A DNA stretch of 64,000 nucleotides, from contig CBDBGH010000003.1 in assembly GCA_965205265.1 (NCBI GenBank), positions 1,824,001 to 1,888,000 of the forward strand, in the 5' to 3' direction. The position numbers and the translations under genes were made by a program. The notes beneath the pieces were generated by a model. The model had not been told where the DNA came from. It saw nothing but the letters and a program-made list of their open reading frames with translations, and searched no databases. Every line of letters begins with the position of its first letter. The first letter of the stretch is position 1. Positions 43,101-52,559 of this stretch are shown here, piece after piece. The DNA is from Alphaproteobacteria bacterium. GTDB lineage: Bacteria > Pseudomonadota > Alphaproteobacteria > Bin95.

Positions 43101-44813
43101 ATGGCGACGAATTTCAACACCAGCAACAGCACTTGGCGCCAGTTGATGGGGAACGGTCTGCTTTACCGGGTGCCGCCGTTCCAGCGGGACTACAGCTGGG
43201 GCGAGGAGGATTGGGACGATCTCTGGCATGACATCCGGGAGGTCGTGCGCCCGGAGGGCGAACCCGCCCATTACATGGGTTATCTCGTCCTGCGGTCGGA
43301 GGACGGCAAGCGGTTCGACATCATTGACGGGCAACAGCGCCTGACAACCCTGAGCATTATCGTGCTCGCCGCCTTGCGGCAATTACAAGCCATGCTGGAC
43401 AAGGGGCAGGATACCGAAAATACCCGCATGAGGCTTGAAAGCCTGCGGCAGGCCTATATCGGATACCTCGATCCGGTGACTCTGGTTTCGCAGCCCAAGC
43501 TGAAATTGAACCGGAACAATGACGACTATTTCCAGACTTACCTGGTTCCGCTGGTGTCGCCCTTGCCGAGACGCGGATTCAGAAGGTCGGAACACGATAT
43601 GCGCAAGGCATTCGAGTGGTTCGACCGCCGTTTTCGGGAATATCTGGAGGAAGAGGACGATCCCGGTTTGGCGGTAGTACGGCTGATCGACGGGATGAGC
43701 GACAAACTGCTCTTTACTGTCATCACGGTTACCGACGAACTGAACGCGTATCGCGTGTTCGAAACGCTGAACGCGCGGGGCGTGCGGCTCTCGGCGACCG
43801 ACCTTCTGAAAAACCATTTGTTCTCGCTTCTTCACCGCGAAGGCGAGCATGAGCATGAGATCGAGACGCTGGAGGACCGCTGGAACGGGATTGTAAGGAG
43901 GCTCGGGGAGGAGAGCTTCCCCGACTTCCTCCGCGTTCACTGGATAGGCCGGAGAACGACCGTCCGGCTGTCCGACCTGTTCAAGACCGTTCGCACCCAG
44001 ATCCGTGACCGAGGCAGCGCATTTTCGCTCCTACAGGATCTGGAGGCCGATATCGACGCCTATCTGTCGCTGACGCAACCGGACGGTTCCGACTGGCCTG
44101 CGGAGTGGAAGCGTCATGCCCGCACCCTTCGCATGTTCAGTGTCCGACAGCCATTCCCGCTGCTGCTTGCCGCGCGGCGGATTCTGGAAGATACCGACTT
44201 CGAGAGGCTGCTGCACTCGGTCGTGATTATCTCCTTTCGCTACAACGTCATTGGTAGTTTTCAAGCAAACGAGCAGGAGCGGGTTTACCACGCAGAAGCC
44301 CAGCGAATTTCAAAAGGCGAGCACTCCTCGATCCGGCAGATCATGGGCAGCCTGCGGCCGGTCTATCCGGACGACGAGCGGTTCCGGCTTAGCTTCAGGG
44401 AAAAATCCATCGGTGTTGCGCAGACGCGCAACAAGCGGGTGGTCCGCTATATCCTGTTCGAACTGGAGCGGCAGGCCTCCGGGAACAGTCACGATTTCGA
44501 GGACAGCCGGATCACCCTTGAGCATGTCTTGCCGTTGAATCCGGAAGACGGCTGGGACGGGTTTAGCGAGGGAGACCTGGACGCCCAAGTCATGCGCCTC
44601 GGAAATATCGCGTTGCTGGAAGCGGGCCCGAACCGGGATGCCGGCAATTCCGGTTACGAAGCGAAGCGAGCGGCGTTCGGTAAGAGCCGATTCCAGACGA
44701 CCCGGGACATTGCCAGCAGGTACGAAAACTGGACGCCGGAGACGATCGATTCGCGCCAGGAAGCAATGGCAAGGAGCGCAGCCGCGATATGGCGGATCGA
44801 TTTTCCCGGTTGA
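43101..44813 (+). CDS. GmrSD-like DUF262 + DUF1524 (HNH) restriction endonuclease
   Basis: VPPFQRDYSW, IIDGQQRLTT, FETLNARG..L...DLLKN; C-terminal TLEHVLP...LGNIALL...N...GN; visibly more AT-rich than flanks. Confidence 0.88.
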   Translation: MATNFNTSNSTWRQLMGNGLLYRVPPFQRDYSWGEEDWDDLWHDIREVVRPEGEPAHYMGYLVLRSEDGKRFDIIDGQQRLTTLSIIVLAALRQLQAMLDKGQDTENTRMRLESLRQAYIGYLDPVTLVSQPKLKLNRNNDDYFQTYLVPLVSPLPRRGFRRSEHDMRKAFEWFDRRFREYLEEEDDPGLAVVRLIDGMSDKLLFTVITVTDELNAYRVFETLNARGVRLSATDLLKNHLFSLLHREGEHEHEIETLEDRWNGIVRRLGEESFPDFLRVHWIGRRTTVRLSDLFKTVRTQIRDRGSAFSLLQDLEADIDAYLSLTQPDGSDWPAEWKRHARTLRMFSVRQPFPLLLAARRILEDTDFERLLHSVVIISFRYNVIGSFQANEQERVYHAEAQRISKGEHSSIRQIMGSLRPVYPDDERFRLSFREKSIGVAQTRNKRVVRYILFELERQASGNSHDFEDSRITLEHVLPLNPEDGWDGFSEGDLDAQVMRLGNIALLEAGPNRDAGNSGYEAKRAAFGKSRFQTTRDIASRYENWTPETIDSRQEAMARSAAAIWRIDFPG

Positions 44814-44863
44814 ATCCCGATTTGCCGCGACCTTCTATCGGTTAAGGCCAAGACCTGTTCGGG

Positions 44864-45310
44864 ATGGCAATCATACCGAAAGACACCCCGGCCGACCCGA
44901 GCCCGCCGCCTGCCGCACATCTCCATCATGTGCATCTTTTCGCGGCGGATATCGATGCGGCCGTGGCGTGGTGGCGGGAGAAGCTTGGGGGCGTTGTCGC
45001 CTTCGACGGCGAGTTCGGCGGGGCGCGCAATGTGTTCATGGAGGTCGGGCGCGGCCGCCTCCACCTTTACGACCAGCCGCCGCGCGGGGCGCCCGGCGGC
45101 GCGGTGCATCATGTCGGCATCCAGACCGACGACCTGCCCGCGCTTCACCGCCGGCTGGCCGCGCTCGGCGTGCCGTTCCGCTCCGGCATCCGCGAGTTCG
45201 GCTCGTGGCGCTACATCATGTGCGAGGCGCCGGACGGCGTGTTGCTGGAGCTGTTCCAGATCGATACGGACAATATGCCCCCTGTCCTCGCCCGCTATTT
45301 CTCGCTTTAG
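44864..45310 (+). CDS. VOC/glyoxalase family protein
   Basis: LHHVHL, VHHVGI, APDGVLLELF. Confidence 0.85.
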   Translation: MAIIPKDTPADPSPPPAAHLHHVHLFAADIDAAVAWWREKLGGVVAFDGEFGGARNVFMEVGRGRLHLYDQPPRGAPGGAVHHVGIQTDDLPALHRRLAALGVPFRSGIREFGSWRYIMCEAPDGVLLELFQIDTDNMPPVLARYFSL

Positions 45311-45353
45311 GCCCGCCTCCGTCACGGGCGGCGGTATCGGGCCCAGGAGCGCC

Positions 45354-46232
45354 TTATTCGAAGGCCTGGTCCCAGCTCTCCGGGAGCAGCCGGTAGTCGC
45401 TTCTGTCGCGCACCAGACGCGAGAAGGCGGGAAAGTGCAGATGCATCCCGGCGATGAGCAGCCGGTCGCTGGCGGCCATGTCGAAGAGCCGCAGGCGCGA
45501 GGCCGCGGCGCGCTCGGGGTCGGTGTCGAAGGCGATGGTGACCTCAGGATGCGCCACCTGGATGTCGGGCACATGCACCGTATCGCCCCAGATCAGCAGG
45601 CTGCGGTCTCCCGACGCGACCAGATAGGCCGTGTGGCCGGGCGTGTGCCCGTGGGCGGGCAAGGCGGTCACGCCGGGGAAGACCTCGCCGGCCCCGAAGA
45701 GCCGCATGGCGCTTTTGTAGGGTGCGATCTGGTCCCGGCCGGCCTGGAAATAGAGCAGCTGTTCGCGCTCGGTCGCGCGGCTCATCGCGGCGTCGTCCGC
45801 CCAGTGGCCGGGCTCGTTCTCATGCATGACGAGCTCGGCGTTGGGAAAGAGGCGCGCGCCCGTCTCCCGGTCCGAGAGGCCGGCCGAATGGTCCGGGTGC
45901 ATGTGGGTCAGGAGGATCGTGTCGATGGCGGACGGCTCGATTCCCGCCGCCTTCAGATTGCTGCCGAGCCAGCCGGCCGTCGGGCCCAGATAGGTGCCGG
46001 AGCCGGTGTCGATCAGGGCGATGCGGCCGGCGGAATGGACGACGAAGGTGTTGACCGAAGTGCGCCGCGCCGGCTGGAACACGGCGGCCATCTCGGCCTC
46101 TCCGGCGGCGGGGTCGATCCCCTGCAGGACGGTGAGGTCGCCGTCGAGATAGCCGTCGCTGAGCGCGGTGACGGTGATGTCGCCGATGCGGCGGTGATAG
46201 ACGCCGGGAATCTGGCCGGTCGGTGCGGACAT
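45354..46232 (-). CDS. Metallo-beta-lactamase-fold hydrolase (MPH/lactonase-like)
   Basis: LIDTG, THMHPDH, GHTPGH, GDTVH, GMHL.FP. Confidence 0.9.
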   Translation of the reverse strand: MSAPTGQIPGVYHRRIGDITVTALSDGYLDGDLTVLQGIDPAAGEAEMAAVFQPARRTSVNTFVVHSAGRIALIDTGSGTYLGPTAGWLGSNLKAAGIEPSAIDTILLTHMHPDHSAGLSDRETGARLFPNAELVMHENEPGHWADDAAMSRATEREQLLYFQAGRDQIAPYKSAMRLFGAGEVFPGVTALPAHGHTPGHTAYLVASGDRSLLIWGDTVHVPDIQVAHPEVTIAFDTDPERAAASRLRLFDMAASDRLLIAGMHLHFPAFSRLVRDRSDYRLLPESWDQAFE

Positions 46233-46308
46233 GGGATTGCTGCTCTTTCTCGCTGCGAGCGGTCGGATACAATCATACCGAATGTGCGCATGAAGAGGGG
46301 GATGCCCG

Positions 46309-46638
46309 ATGGCCACGCAGACACCGCCCGACCGCGATGCGGTCCGCAATTTCGTCCCGAAGATGATCGAGATGACCGAGGAGGTCGTTTATGGCGATGT
46401 CTGGGAACGCGAGGCGCTCTCCAAGCGCGACCGCAGCCTGATCACCGTGGCGACGCTGGTCGCGCTCGGCCGCGAGCGCCAGTTGAAGGGCCATGTCGGG
46501 CGGGCGCTGGACAATGGCGTGACGCCGGAGGAGCTCTCCGAACTCATCACCCACCTTGCGCTCTATGCCGGCTGGCCGGCGGCGATGACGGCCGCCCTGA
46601 TCGCCAAGGACGTGGTTGCCGAGCGCGGGGCAGGATGA
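46309..46638 (+). CDS. Carboxymuconolactone decarboxylase family protein (short)
   Basis: YGDVWER..LS.RDRSLITVA, H...ALDNGVT, HLALYAGWP. Confidence 0.88.
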   Translation: MATQTPPDRDAVRNFVPKMIEMTEEVVYGDVWEREALSKRDRSLITVATLVALGRERQLKGHVGRALDNGVTPEELSELITHLALYAGWPAAMTAALIAKDVVAERGAG

Positions 46639-47585
46639 AGCCGCTGACGGGTCCGCATGTCTGGCGGGCCGCCGACCTCGCCGCCGACAGGTCCTGGCGC
46701 CTCGATCTCGCCCCGGCGGAGATCGCATCGCTGGAGGCGGGCCGCTTCGACCTGCCGCGCCTCGACCGGGTGCGCGCCGGGCTGGAGCGCGGACGCGGCC
46801 TCGCGCTGATCCGCGGCCTGCCGGTCGCACGCTATGGCGAAGAGACGGCTGCAGCCATTTTCAGCGGGCTCGGCGAGGCGCTCGGCGTCGCCGTCTCGCA
46901 GAGCTACAGGGGCGACCGGATCGGCCATGTCCGCGATATCGGGGAAGCCGGGCGCTATTATACGGTGGGCGGCGCGCTCGAAATGCACATGGACCCGGTC
47001 GATATCGTCGGCCTGCTTTGCCTGAAGAAGGCCGTCTGCGGCGGGGAAAGCCGCATCGCAAGCTCGGCCGCGGTGCATAACGCGGTGCTGGCGGAACGGC
47101 CGGACCTCGTTCCGGTGCTGCGCAGAGGCTTCCACTACACCAGCCGCGAGGAGGACAAGGCTGCCGGCGCGCCGCCGGTCACCGCGCACCGGGTGCCGGT
47201 GTTCGGCGAAATCGACGGCCGGTTCGCCGCATTCCTGCTGCCCATCGCCATCCGCAATGCCGAGAAGGCGGGGGCGCCGCTTTCGCCATTGGAGCGCGAG
47301 GCGCTGGAAGCGATCGCCCGGACAGCCGCGCGGCCCGACCTCGCCTTTGAGATGGACCTCGAACCGGGTGACATGCAGTTCCTCAACAACCGGCTCATTC
47401 TTCACGGCCGGGCCGACTACCGGGATTCGCCGGACCCGGAACGCAAGCGCCACATGCTGCGGCTCTGGCTGATGATGCCGGGCTGGCCGCCGCGCCCCGA
47501 AACCATGACCATGCACGCCCGGCACGACCGCGCCGGGGGCGGCATCGCGCCCAAGCCGTCCGTTGCAGCCGGAGACCGTCCATGA
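46635..47585 (+). CDS. TauD/TfdA family Fe/2-oxoglutarate dioxygenase
   Basis: MHMD..D.VGLLC, GGES, PGDMQFLNN..ILHGR, RH.LRLW. Confidence 0.85.
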   Translation: MKPLTGPHVWRAADLAADRSWRLDLAPAEIASLEAGRFDLPRLDRVRAGLERGRGLALIRGLPVARYGEETAAAIFSGLGEALGVAVSQSYRGDRIGHVRDIGEAGRYYTVGGALEMHMDPVDIVGLLCLKKAVCGGESRIASSAAVHNAVLAERPDLVPVLRRGFHYTSREEDKAAGAPPVTAHRVPVFGEIDGRFAAFLLPIAIRNAEKAGAPLSPLEREALEAIARTAARPDLAFEMDLEPGDMQFLNNRLILHGRADYRDSPDPERKRHMLRLWLMMPGWPPRPETMTMHARHDRAGGGIAPKPSVAAGDRP

Positions 47586-48760
47586 CCGAGCGCCGTATAG
47601 CGCCGCTGTCCGTCGAGGAGGCCGTTGCGCGCGGCGGCGAAGTGCGCATCCATCCCGACCTTGCGCGCCTGGAGGTCATGCGCGCGCTGCTGCACCACCC
47701 GCCGCTCGCCAAGGCGATCCAGACGCTGCTCATCATGCTGCTCTACAAGGGCCACATCCTGGACGAGCGGCTGCGCGAACTCCTCATCATGCGCATCGCC
47801 TGGCGGACGGCCTCCCTCTACGAATGGACGCAGCATTGGCGCGTCGCCCGCGACCTCGGCATGGACGAGACCGACATTCTGGGCGTGCGCGACTGGCGCG
47901 GCTTCGCCGGCTACGGCCGGCCGGAACGGGCCGTGCTCGCCGCCGTGGACGAGACGCTCGACACCGGCGCCGTGTCGCCCGCAACGATGGCGGAATGTCT
48001 CGACCTTCTCGGCGGCCCGGCGGAGGCGATCGAACTTCTGGCGGCGATCGGCAATTGGCGCATGTTCTCGCAATTGCTGCGCACGCTCCGCGTTCCGCTG
48101 GAGGACGGCGTGGCCGCCTGGCCGCCGGACGGCGCGACGCCGCCCGAGCCCCGGATCGGCGTCGCGGGCGGCCTGGCGGGCCGGGAGGGCGTGGACGGCG
48201 CTTCCGTTCTGCCGCTGCTCCCGCCCGACGAGTCCGCCCGGCGCGGCAAGGAGCTCGGCCTCGACGACGGACAGGCCCGGCGCGCGCCCTATCGGTTGCT
48301 GCTCCAGCATCCGCCGCTCGCAAGGGCGTTGAACGGCCTGCTCTCGCGCCTTCTCTACAATGGCGTGCTGGATGCCCGCGTGCGCGAACTCGTCATCATG
48401 CGGACCGCATGGCGCACCGGCTCGGCGGTGGAATGGGCGCGTCATGTGCCCTTCTGCCGGCGGATCGGCGTCAGCGACGCAGACCTGCTCGCGGTCCGGG
48501 GACCTCTGGAGGACACGGACTTCAGCGCAGCCGAACGCGCGGCGCTCATGGCGACCGACGACACGCTGGAGACGGGCGCGGTCGGCGACGACGCCTGGGC
48601 GGCCTGCGAGGCGGCGTTCGGGACCCTGCCCGAGCTCCTGGAGCTGGTAGCGGCGATTTCCCACTGGCGCATGTATTCCCAGATCCTGCGCAGCAGCGGC
48701 GCGCCTCACGAGGAGGACGACACGGTCTGGGCGCCGGACGGCCGGTTTCCCGCTGACTGA
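47582..48760 (+). CDS. Tandem (duplicated) CMD/AhpD-like domain protein
   Basis: Two copies of HPPLA...LLY.G.LD.R.REL.IMR.AWRT....EW..H and W.PDG. Confidence 0.85.
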   Translation: MTERRIAPLSVEEAVARGGEVRIHPDLARLEVMRALLHHPPLAKAIQTLLIMLLYKGHILDERLRELLIMRIAWRTASLYEWTQHWRVARDLGMDETDILGVRDWRGFAGYGRPERAVLAAVDETLDTGAVSPATMAECLDLLGGPAEAIELLAAIGNWRMFSQLLRTLRVPLEDGVAAWPPDGATPPEPRIGVAGGLAGREGVDGASVLPLLPPDESARRGKELGLDDGQARRAPYRLLLQHPPLARALNGLLSRLLYNGVLDARVRELVIMRTAWRTGSAVEWARHVPFCRRIGVSDADLLAVRGPLEDTDFSAAERAALMATDDTLETGAVGDDAWAACEAAFGTLPELLELVAAISHWRMYSQILRSSGAPHEEDDTVWAPDGRFPAD

Positions 48761-48780
48761 AACGGAGGGTTGGCAGGCAT

Positions 48781-49419
48781 ATGCACCCATCGCCCCTGTT
48801 CCGGCAGGCCTCGCGGGAGGCCAATCTGGCCTTTGCGAGAGAGCGCGGCTTCGGCGTTCTCGCCGTCGGCGCGGGCGATGCCGGCGGGCCGTTGCTGAGC
48901 CACATTCCGTTCCTGCTGTCGGAGGACGGAAGCGCGGTCCATGCCCATCTCGCCCGGCCCAACCCGATCCTGCGCTGCCTGGAGGACGGGGAGCGGCCGG
49001 CCGTGCTGGCGGTCGGCGGCCCGGACGGCTATGTCTCGCCGGACTGGTACGAGGCCGACCCCGGCCTGGTGCCGACATGGAACTATGTGGCCGTGCATCT
49101 GCGCGGCGTGCTGCGGCTTCGCCCCGGAGAGGCGATCCGGGGCCATCTGGATGAGCTGGCGGCGCAATTCGAGGAACGGCTGTTGCCCAAGCGGCCCTGG
49201 CGGACGACCAAGGTTCCGGACCGCCAATTGCAGGCTCTGATGCGGGCGATCCTGCCGGTCGAGCTCGAGGTGGAACGGGTGGACGGCACCTGGAAGCCGA
49301 ACCAGAACCGGCCCGATGAGGCGCGGCTGGCGGCGGCGGGCCACATGGAGGCCGGCGGCCTCGGCATGGAAACCGCCCTGCTTGCCGGGCTGATGCGGAA
49401 CCTGCCGGAGGCGGACTGA
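48781..49419 (+). CDS. PaiB-like FMN-binding split-barrel protein
   Basis: SHIPF, HLAR.NP, GPDGYVSPDWY, VPTWNY.AVH. Confidence 0.88.
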   Translation: MHPSPLFRQASREANLAFARERGFGVLAVGAGDAGGPLLSHIPFLLSEDGSAVHAHLARPNPILRCLEDGERPAVLAVGGPDGYVSPDWYEADPGLVPTWNYVAVHLRGVLRLRPGEAIRGHLDELAAQFEERLLPKRPWRTTKVPDRQLQALMRAILPVELEVERVDGTWKPNQNRPDEARLAAAGHMEAGGLGMETALLAGLMRNLPEAD

Positions 49420-49422
49420 CCC

Positions 49423-50145
49423 ATGCTGCGGTTCGACGGCCACAGGATATTGGTGACCGGCGGGTCGAGCGGCATTGGAAATGCCATTGCCACTGCGTTC
49501 CGCGATGCCGGCGCGGAGGTGGCGGCCACCGGCACGAAGCCGCGCGAGGCCTATGAGAGCGACCTCGAAGGCATCGAGTTCCACACCGTCGATGTCGGCG
49601 ACGAAGAGCAGCGGCGCGCGCTGGCGGCGCGGTTCGACCGGCTGGACGTGCTGGTCAACAATGCCGGCACGGTCGCCTACCGGCGGGCGGAATACGAGCC
49701 CGAGACCTTCCGCCGGGTGCTGGAGGTCAATCTCGGCGCAGGGCTGCATCTGGCGACCCTGCTGCATGGCCGGCTCGCCGCGCGCCCGGGCTCCGTCGTC
49801 AACCTCTCCTCGATGACGGCCTTTTTCGGCAGCCAGGGCAACCCGGCCTACGGAGCGAGCAAGGCCGGCATCGTGCAGATGACGAAGACGCTGGCCGTGG
49901 CCTGGGGCGGCGACGGCATCCGCGTCAACGCCGTCGCGCCGGGCTATGTCCACACGCAGATGACCGACCGCTTCAAGCGCAGCGAAGAGGCCGACCGCGG
50001 GATCGTCGCGCGCACGCCGCTCGGCCGCTGGGGCCTGCCGGACGACATGGCGAAGGTCGCGCTCTTCCTCGCCTCCGACCTCGCCGGCTTCGTCACCGGC
50101 CAGACCATCTCCGTGGACGGCGGCTTCGGCTGCGCCATCGGGTAA
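49423..50145 (+). CDS. Short-chain dehydrogenase/reductase
   Basis: TGGSSGIG, NNAG, YGASK, VNAVAPG. Confidence 0.92.
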   Translation: MLRFDGHRILVTGGSSGIGNAIATAFRDAGAEVAATGTKPREAYESDLEGIEFHTVDVGDEEQRRALAARFDRLDVLVNNAGTVAYRRAEYEPETFRRVLEVNLGAGLHLATLLHGRLAARPGSVVNLSSMTAFFGSQGNPAYGASKAGIVQMTKTLAVAWGGDGIRVNAVAPGYVHTQMTDRFKRSEEADRGIVARTPLGRWGLPDDMAKVALFLASDLAGFVTGQTISVDGGFGCAIG

Positions 50146-50151
50146 CGGCGT

Positions 50152-52494
50152 TCAGCCGCTCCGCTGCGCGTCCTGAATCGCCCGCCACACGCGCTCCGGC
50201 GTCAGCGGCATTTCGATGTGGCGGACGCCTAACTCCCGCAGCGCGTGGCAGACGGCGTTGACGACGAGTCCGAGCGCGGGCGTGGTGCCGCCTTCGCCGC
50301 CGGGGCGGATGCCGAAGGGATGCGAGCTTGCCGGCACCTCCGTTATCAGCGTGTGGACCGGCGGCACGGTGTCGGCGCGCGGCATGGCGTAGTCCATGAA
50401 GGAGCCGGTGAGAAGCTGGCCGTCCGCCGGCCTGTAGCGCACCGCCTCCATCAGCGCCTGGCCGAGCCCCTGCGCCACCGCGCCCTGCGCCTGCCCGTGC
50501 AGGATCAGCGGATTGACCGCGAGGCCGACATCGTCCAGCGCGGTCCAGGCGGCGACATGCACATGGCCCGTATCGGGATCGACCTCGACCTCGCAGACAT
50601 GCGCGCCGTAGGGATAGCCGCCCGAGCGGTCGGTAATGTCGCCGATGCCTTCCAGCGGCCCGTCGGCAAGAGCGGCAGCTTCGGCCAAGCCGAGGCTGGC
50701 GCCGCTCGCAGCATGGAACGCGCCCTCACGCCAGGCGATGTCGTCGGGCGGGGCCTGCAGCGCATCGGCGGCTATCGCCCTGCCCCGCTCCAGCAGCGCC
50801 CCGACGGCCTTGTCGATGGCGATGCTGGCAAGCCGCATGGAGCGACCGGAATGCGAGCCGCCGCCGACCGACACGCGCTCCGTGTCGTTGCAGACATAGC
50901 GGATGCGCTCGAAAGGCACGCCCAGCCAGTCGGCGGCCAGCTGCGGGAAGCTGGTCTCGTGGCCCTGGCCGCTGCTCATCGTGCCGACGATGAGTTCTAT
51001 CGTGCCGTCCGCGAGTGCCCGGAGTTCCGCCCGCTCGCGGGGTATGCCGCTCGTCACCTCGATATAGTTGGCGACCGCGATACCCCGGAGGAGCCCCCGC
51101 CGGCGGGATGCCGTGCGCCGCGCCTCGAACCCCGCCCAGCCGGCGGCCTCGAGCGCCCCGTCCATGCCGGCGGTATAGTCGCCGCTGTCATAGGTGACGC
51201 CGACGGCGTTGGTGAACGGCATGGCGTCGGCCGCGATCAGGTTCCGCCGGCGCAGTTCCACCCGGTCGAAGCCGTGCTCTTCGGCGGCGAGATCGATCAG
51301 CCGCTCGATCGTGTAGATGGCCTCGGGCCGCCCGGCGCTGCGATAGACGGCCGTGGGAGCCGTGTTGGTGAGCACCGCATGGCCCCGGAAATGAACGGCG
51401 GGTATCCGGTAGGTCCCCTGCATCATCGAGAGGCCCTTGCGCAGCGGCCAGAAATAGACCGTGCAGGCGCCGAGATTGAGCGTGTTCACCCCCCGGAGCG
51501 CCAGGAAATTGCCGTCCCCGTCGAGCGCCAGCGCCGCCTTGGACCGGAGGTCGCGGGCCTGGTAGTCGGTCAGGAAGCATTCGCGCCTGTCCGCCGTCCA
51601 CTTCACCGGCCGCCCGATGCGCCGCGCCGCCCAGGGCATGAGCGCGAACTCCGGCGAGAAGGCGTTCCTGGTGCCGAAATTGCCGCCCATGTCGCCGAAG
51701 ACGGCCCGGCAGTTCTCCGGCGGCACGCCGAGCGTGACCGCAAGCCGCTCGCGCGTCTGCACGGCGCCGCGCCCGGAGGCCGCGCGTAGCGTGTAGAAGT
51801 CGGTTTCAGCGTCGTATTCGCCGACCACGGCGCGCGGCTCCATGGGCACGCCGTTGACGCGGTGGATATGGCTGTCGAGCGTCACGACATGGGCAGCCTC
51901 GGCGAAGGCCGCATCCGCCGCCTCGCGGTCGCCGACCTCGCAGGTGAGCGCCAGGTTTTGCGGGCAATCGGGCCAGAGCTGCGGCGCGGCCTCGCTCATC
52001 GCCGCCCGCGCATCCGTCACGGCCGGCAGGGGCTCGTAGTCCACCGCGACCAGTTCCGCCGCATCGGCCGCGAGCGCCGCGGTTTCGGCCACGACCAGCG
52101 CCACGGCCTCGCCGCAATAGCGCACGGTATCGACCGGCAGGGGCGGGTTCGGGGTCAGCGCAACCTCGAACCCTTCCGGCAGGCGCAGTTCGACATCGGG
52201 CCCGCCCTGCCAGTCCGGGTTGTGCGGGATCGGCCCCATCCCGTCGGCGGCCGCGTCGGCTCCTGTCAGCACGGCGAGCACGCCCGGCAGGGCCGCAGCG
52301 CGCGAGGCGTCGATTCCGCCTATGCGGGCATGGGCATGGGGGCTCCGGACGAGAGCGGCATATGCCGCCCCTTCGGGCGTGAAATCGTCGGCGTAGCGGC
52401 CCCGGCCCGTCACCAGCCGCCGGTCTTCCACCCGTCTTCTCGGCTTGCCGATTTCGCCCAACGCCCCGCCTCCCCCGCGCATGGATGGGGCCAT
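50152..52494 (-). CDS. Xanthine dehydrogenase/CoxL-like molybdopterin-binding subunit
   Basis: RRVEDRRLVTG, RSPHAHA, PMEPR, GGNFG, VYRSAGRPEA, GQGHET, GSFMDYAMPRA, GEGG; start uncertain. Confidence 0.88.
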   Translation of the reverse strand: MAPSMRGGGGALGEIGKPRRRVEDRRLVTGRGRYADDFTPEGAAYAALVRSPHAHARIGGIDASRAAALPGVLAVLTGADAAADGMGPIPHNPDWQGGPDVELRLPEGFEVALTPNPPLPVDTVRYCGEAVALVVAETAALAADAAELVAVDYEPLPAVTDARAAMSEAAPQLWPDCPQNLALTCEVGDREAADAAFAEAAHVVTLDSHIHRVNGVPMEPRAVVGEYDAETDFYTLRAASGRGAVQTRERLAVTLGVPPENCRAVFGDMGGNFGTRNAFSPEFALMPWAARRIGRPVKWTADRRECFLTDYQARDLRSKAALALDGDGNFLALRGVNTLNLGACTVYFWPLRKGLSMMQGTYRIPAVHFRGHAVLTNTAPTAVYRSAGRPEAIYTIERLIDLAAEEHGFDRVELRRRNLIAADAMPFTNAVGVTYDSGDYTAGMDGALEAAGWAGFEARRTASRRRGLLRGIAVANYIEVTSGIPRERAELRALADGTIELIVGTMSSGQGHETSFPQLAADWLGVPFERIRYVCNDTERVSVGGGSHSGRSMRLASIAIDKAVGALLERGRAIAADALQAPPDDIAWREGAFHAASGASLGLAEAAALADGPLEGIGDITDRSGGYPYGAHVCEVEVDPDTGHVHVAAWTALDDVGLAVNPLILHGQAQGAVAQGLGQALMEAVRYRPADGQLLTGSFMDYAMPRADTVPPVHTLITEVPASSHPFGIRPGGEGGTTPALGLVVNAVCHALRELGVRHIEMPLTPERVWRAIQDAQRSG

Positions 52495-52559
52495 TCTTGG
52501 CATTGCGGGGCGCTCCGGCAATGATGCGCTTCGTCCCGATTCACGAACGGAGTGTCCCG

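Noticed and set aside
50152-52494. Aerobic CO dehydrogenase (form I coxL)
   Set aside because: Lacks the AYxCSFR motif and coxM/coxS/accessory genes
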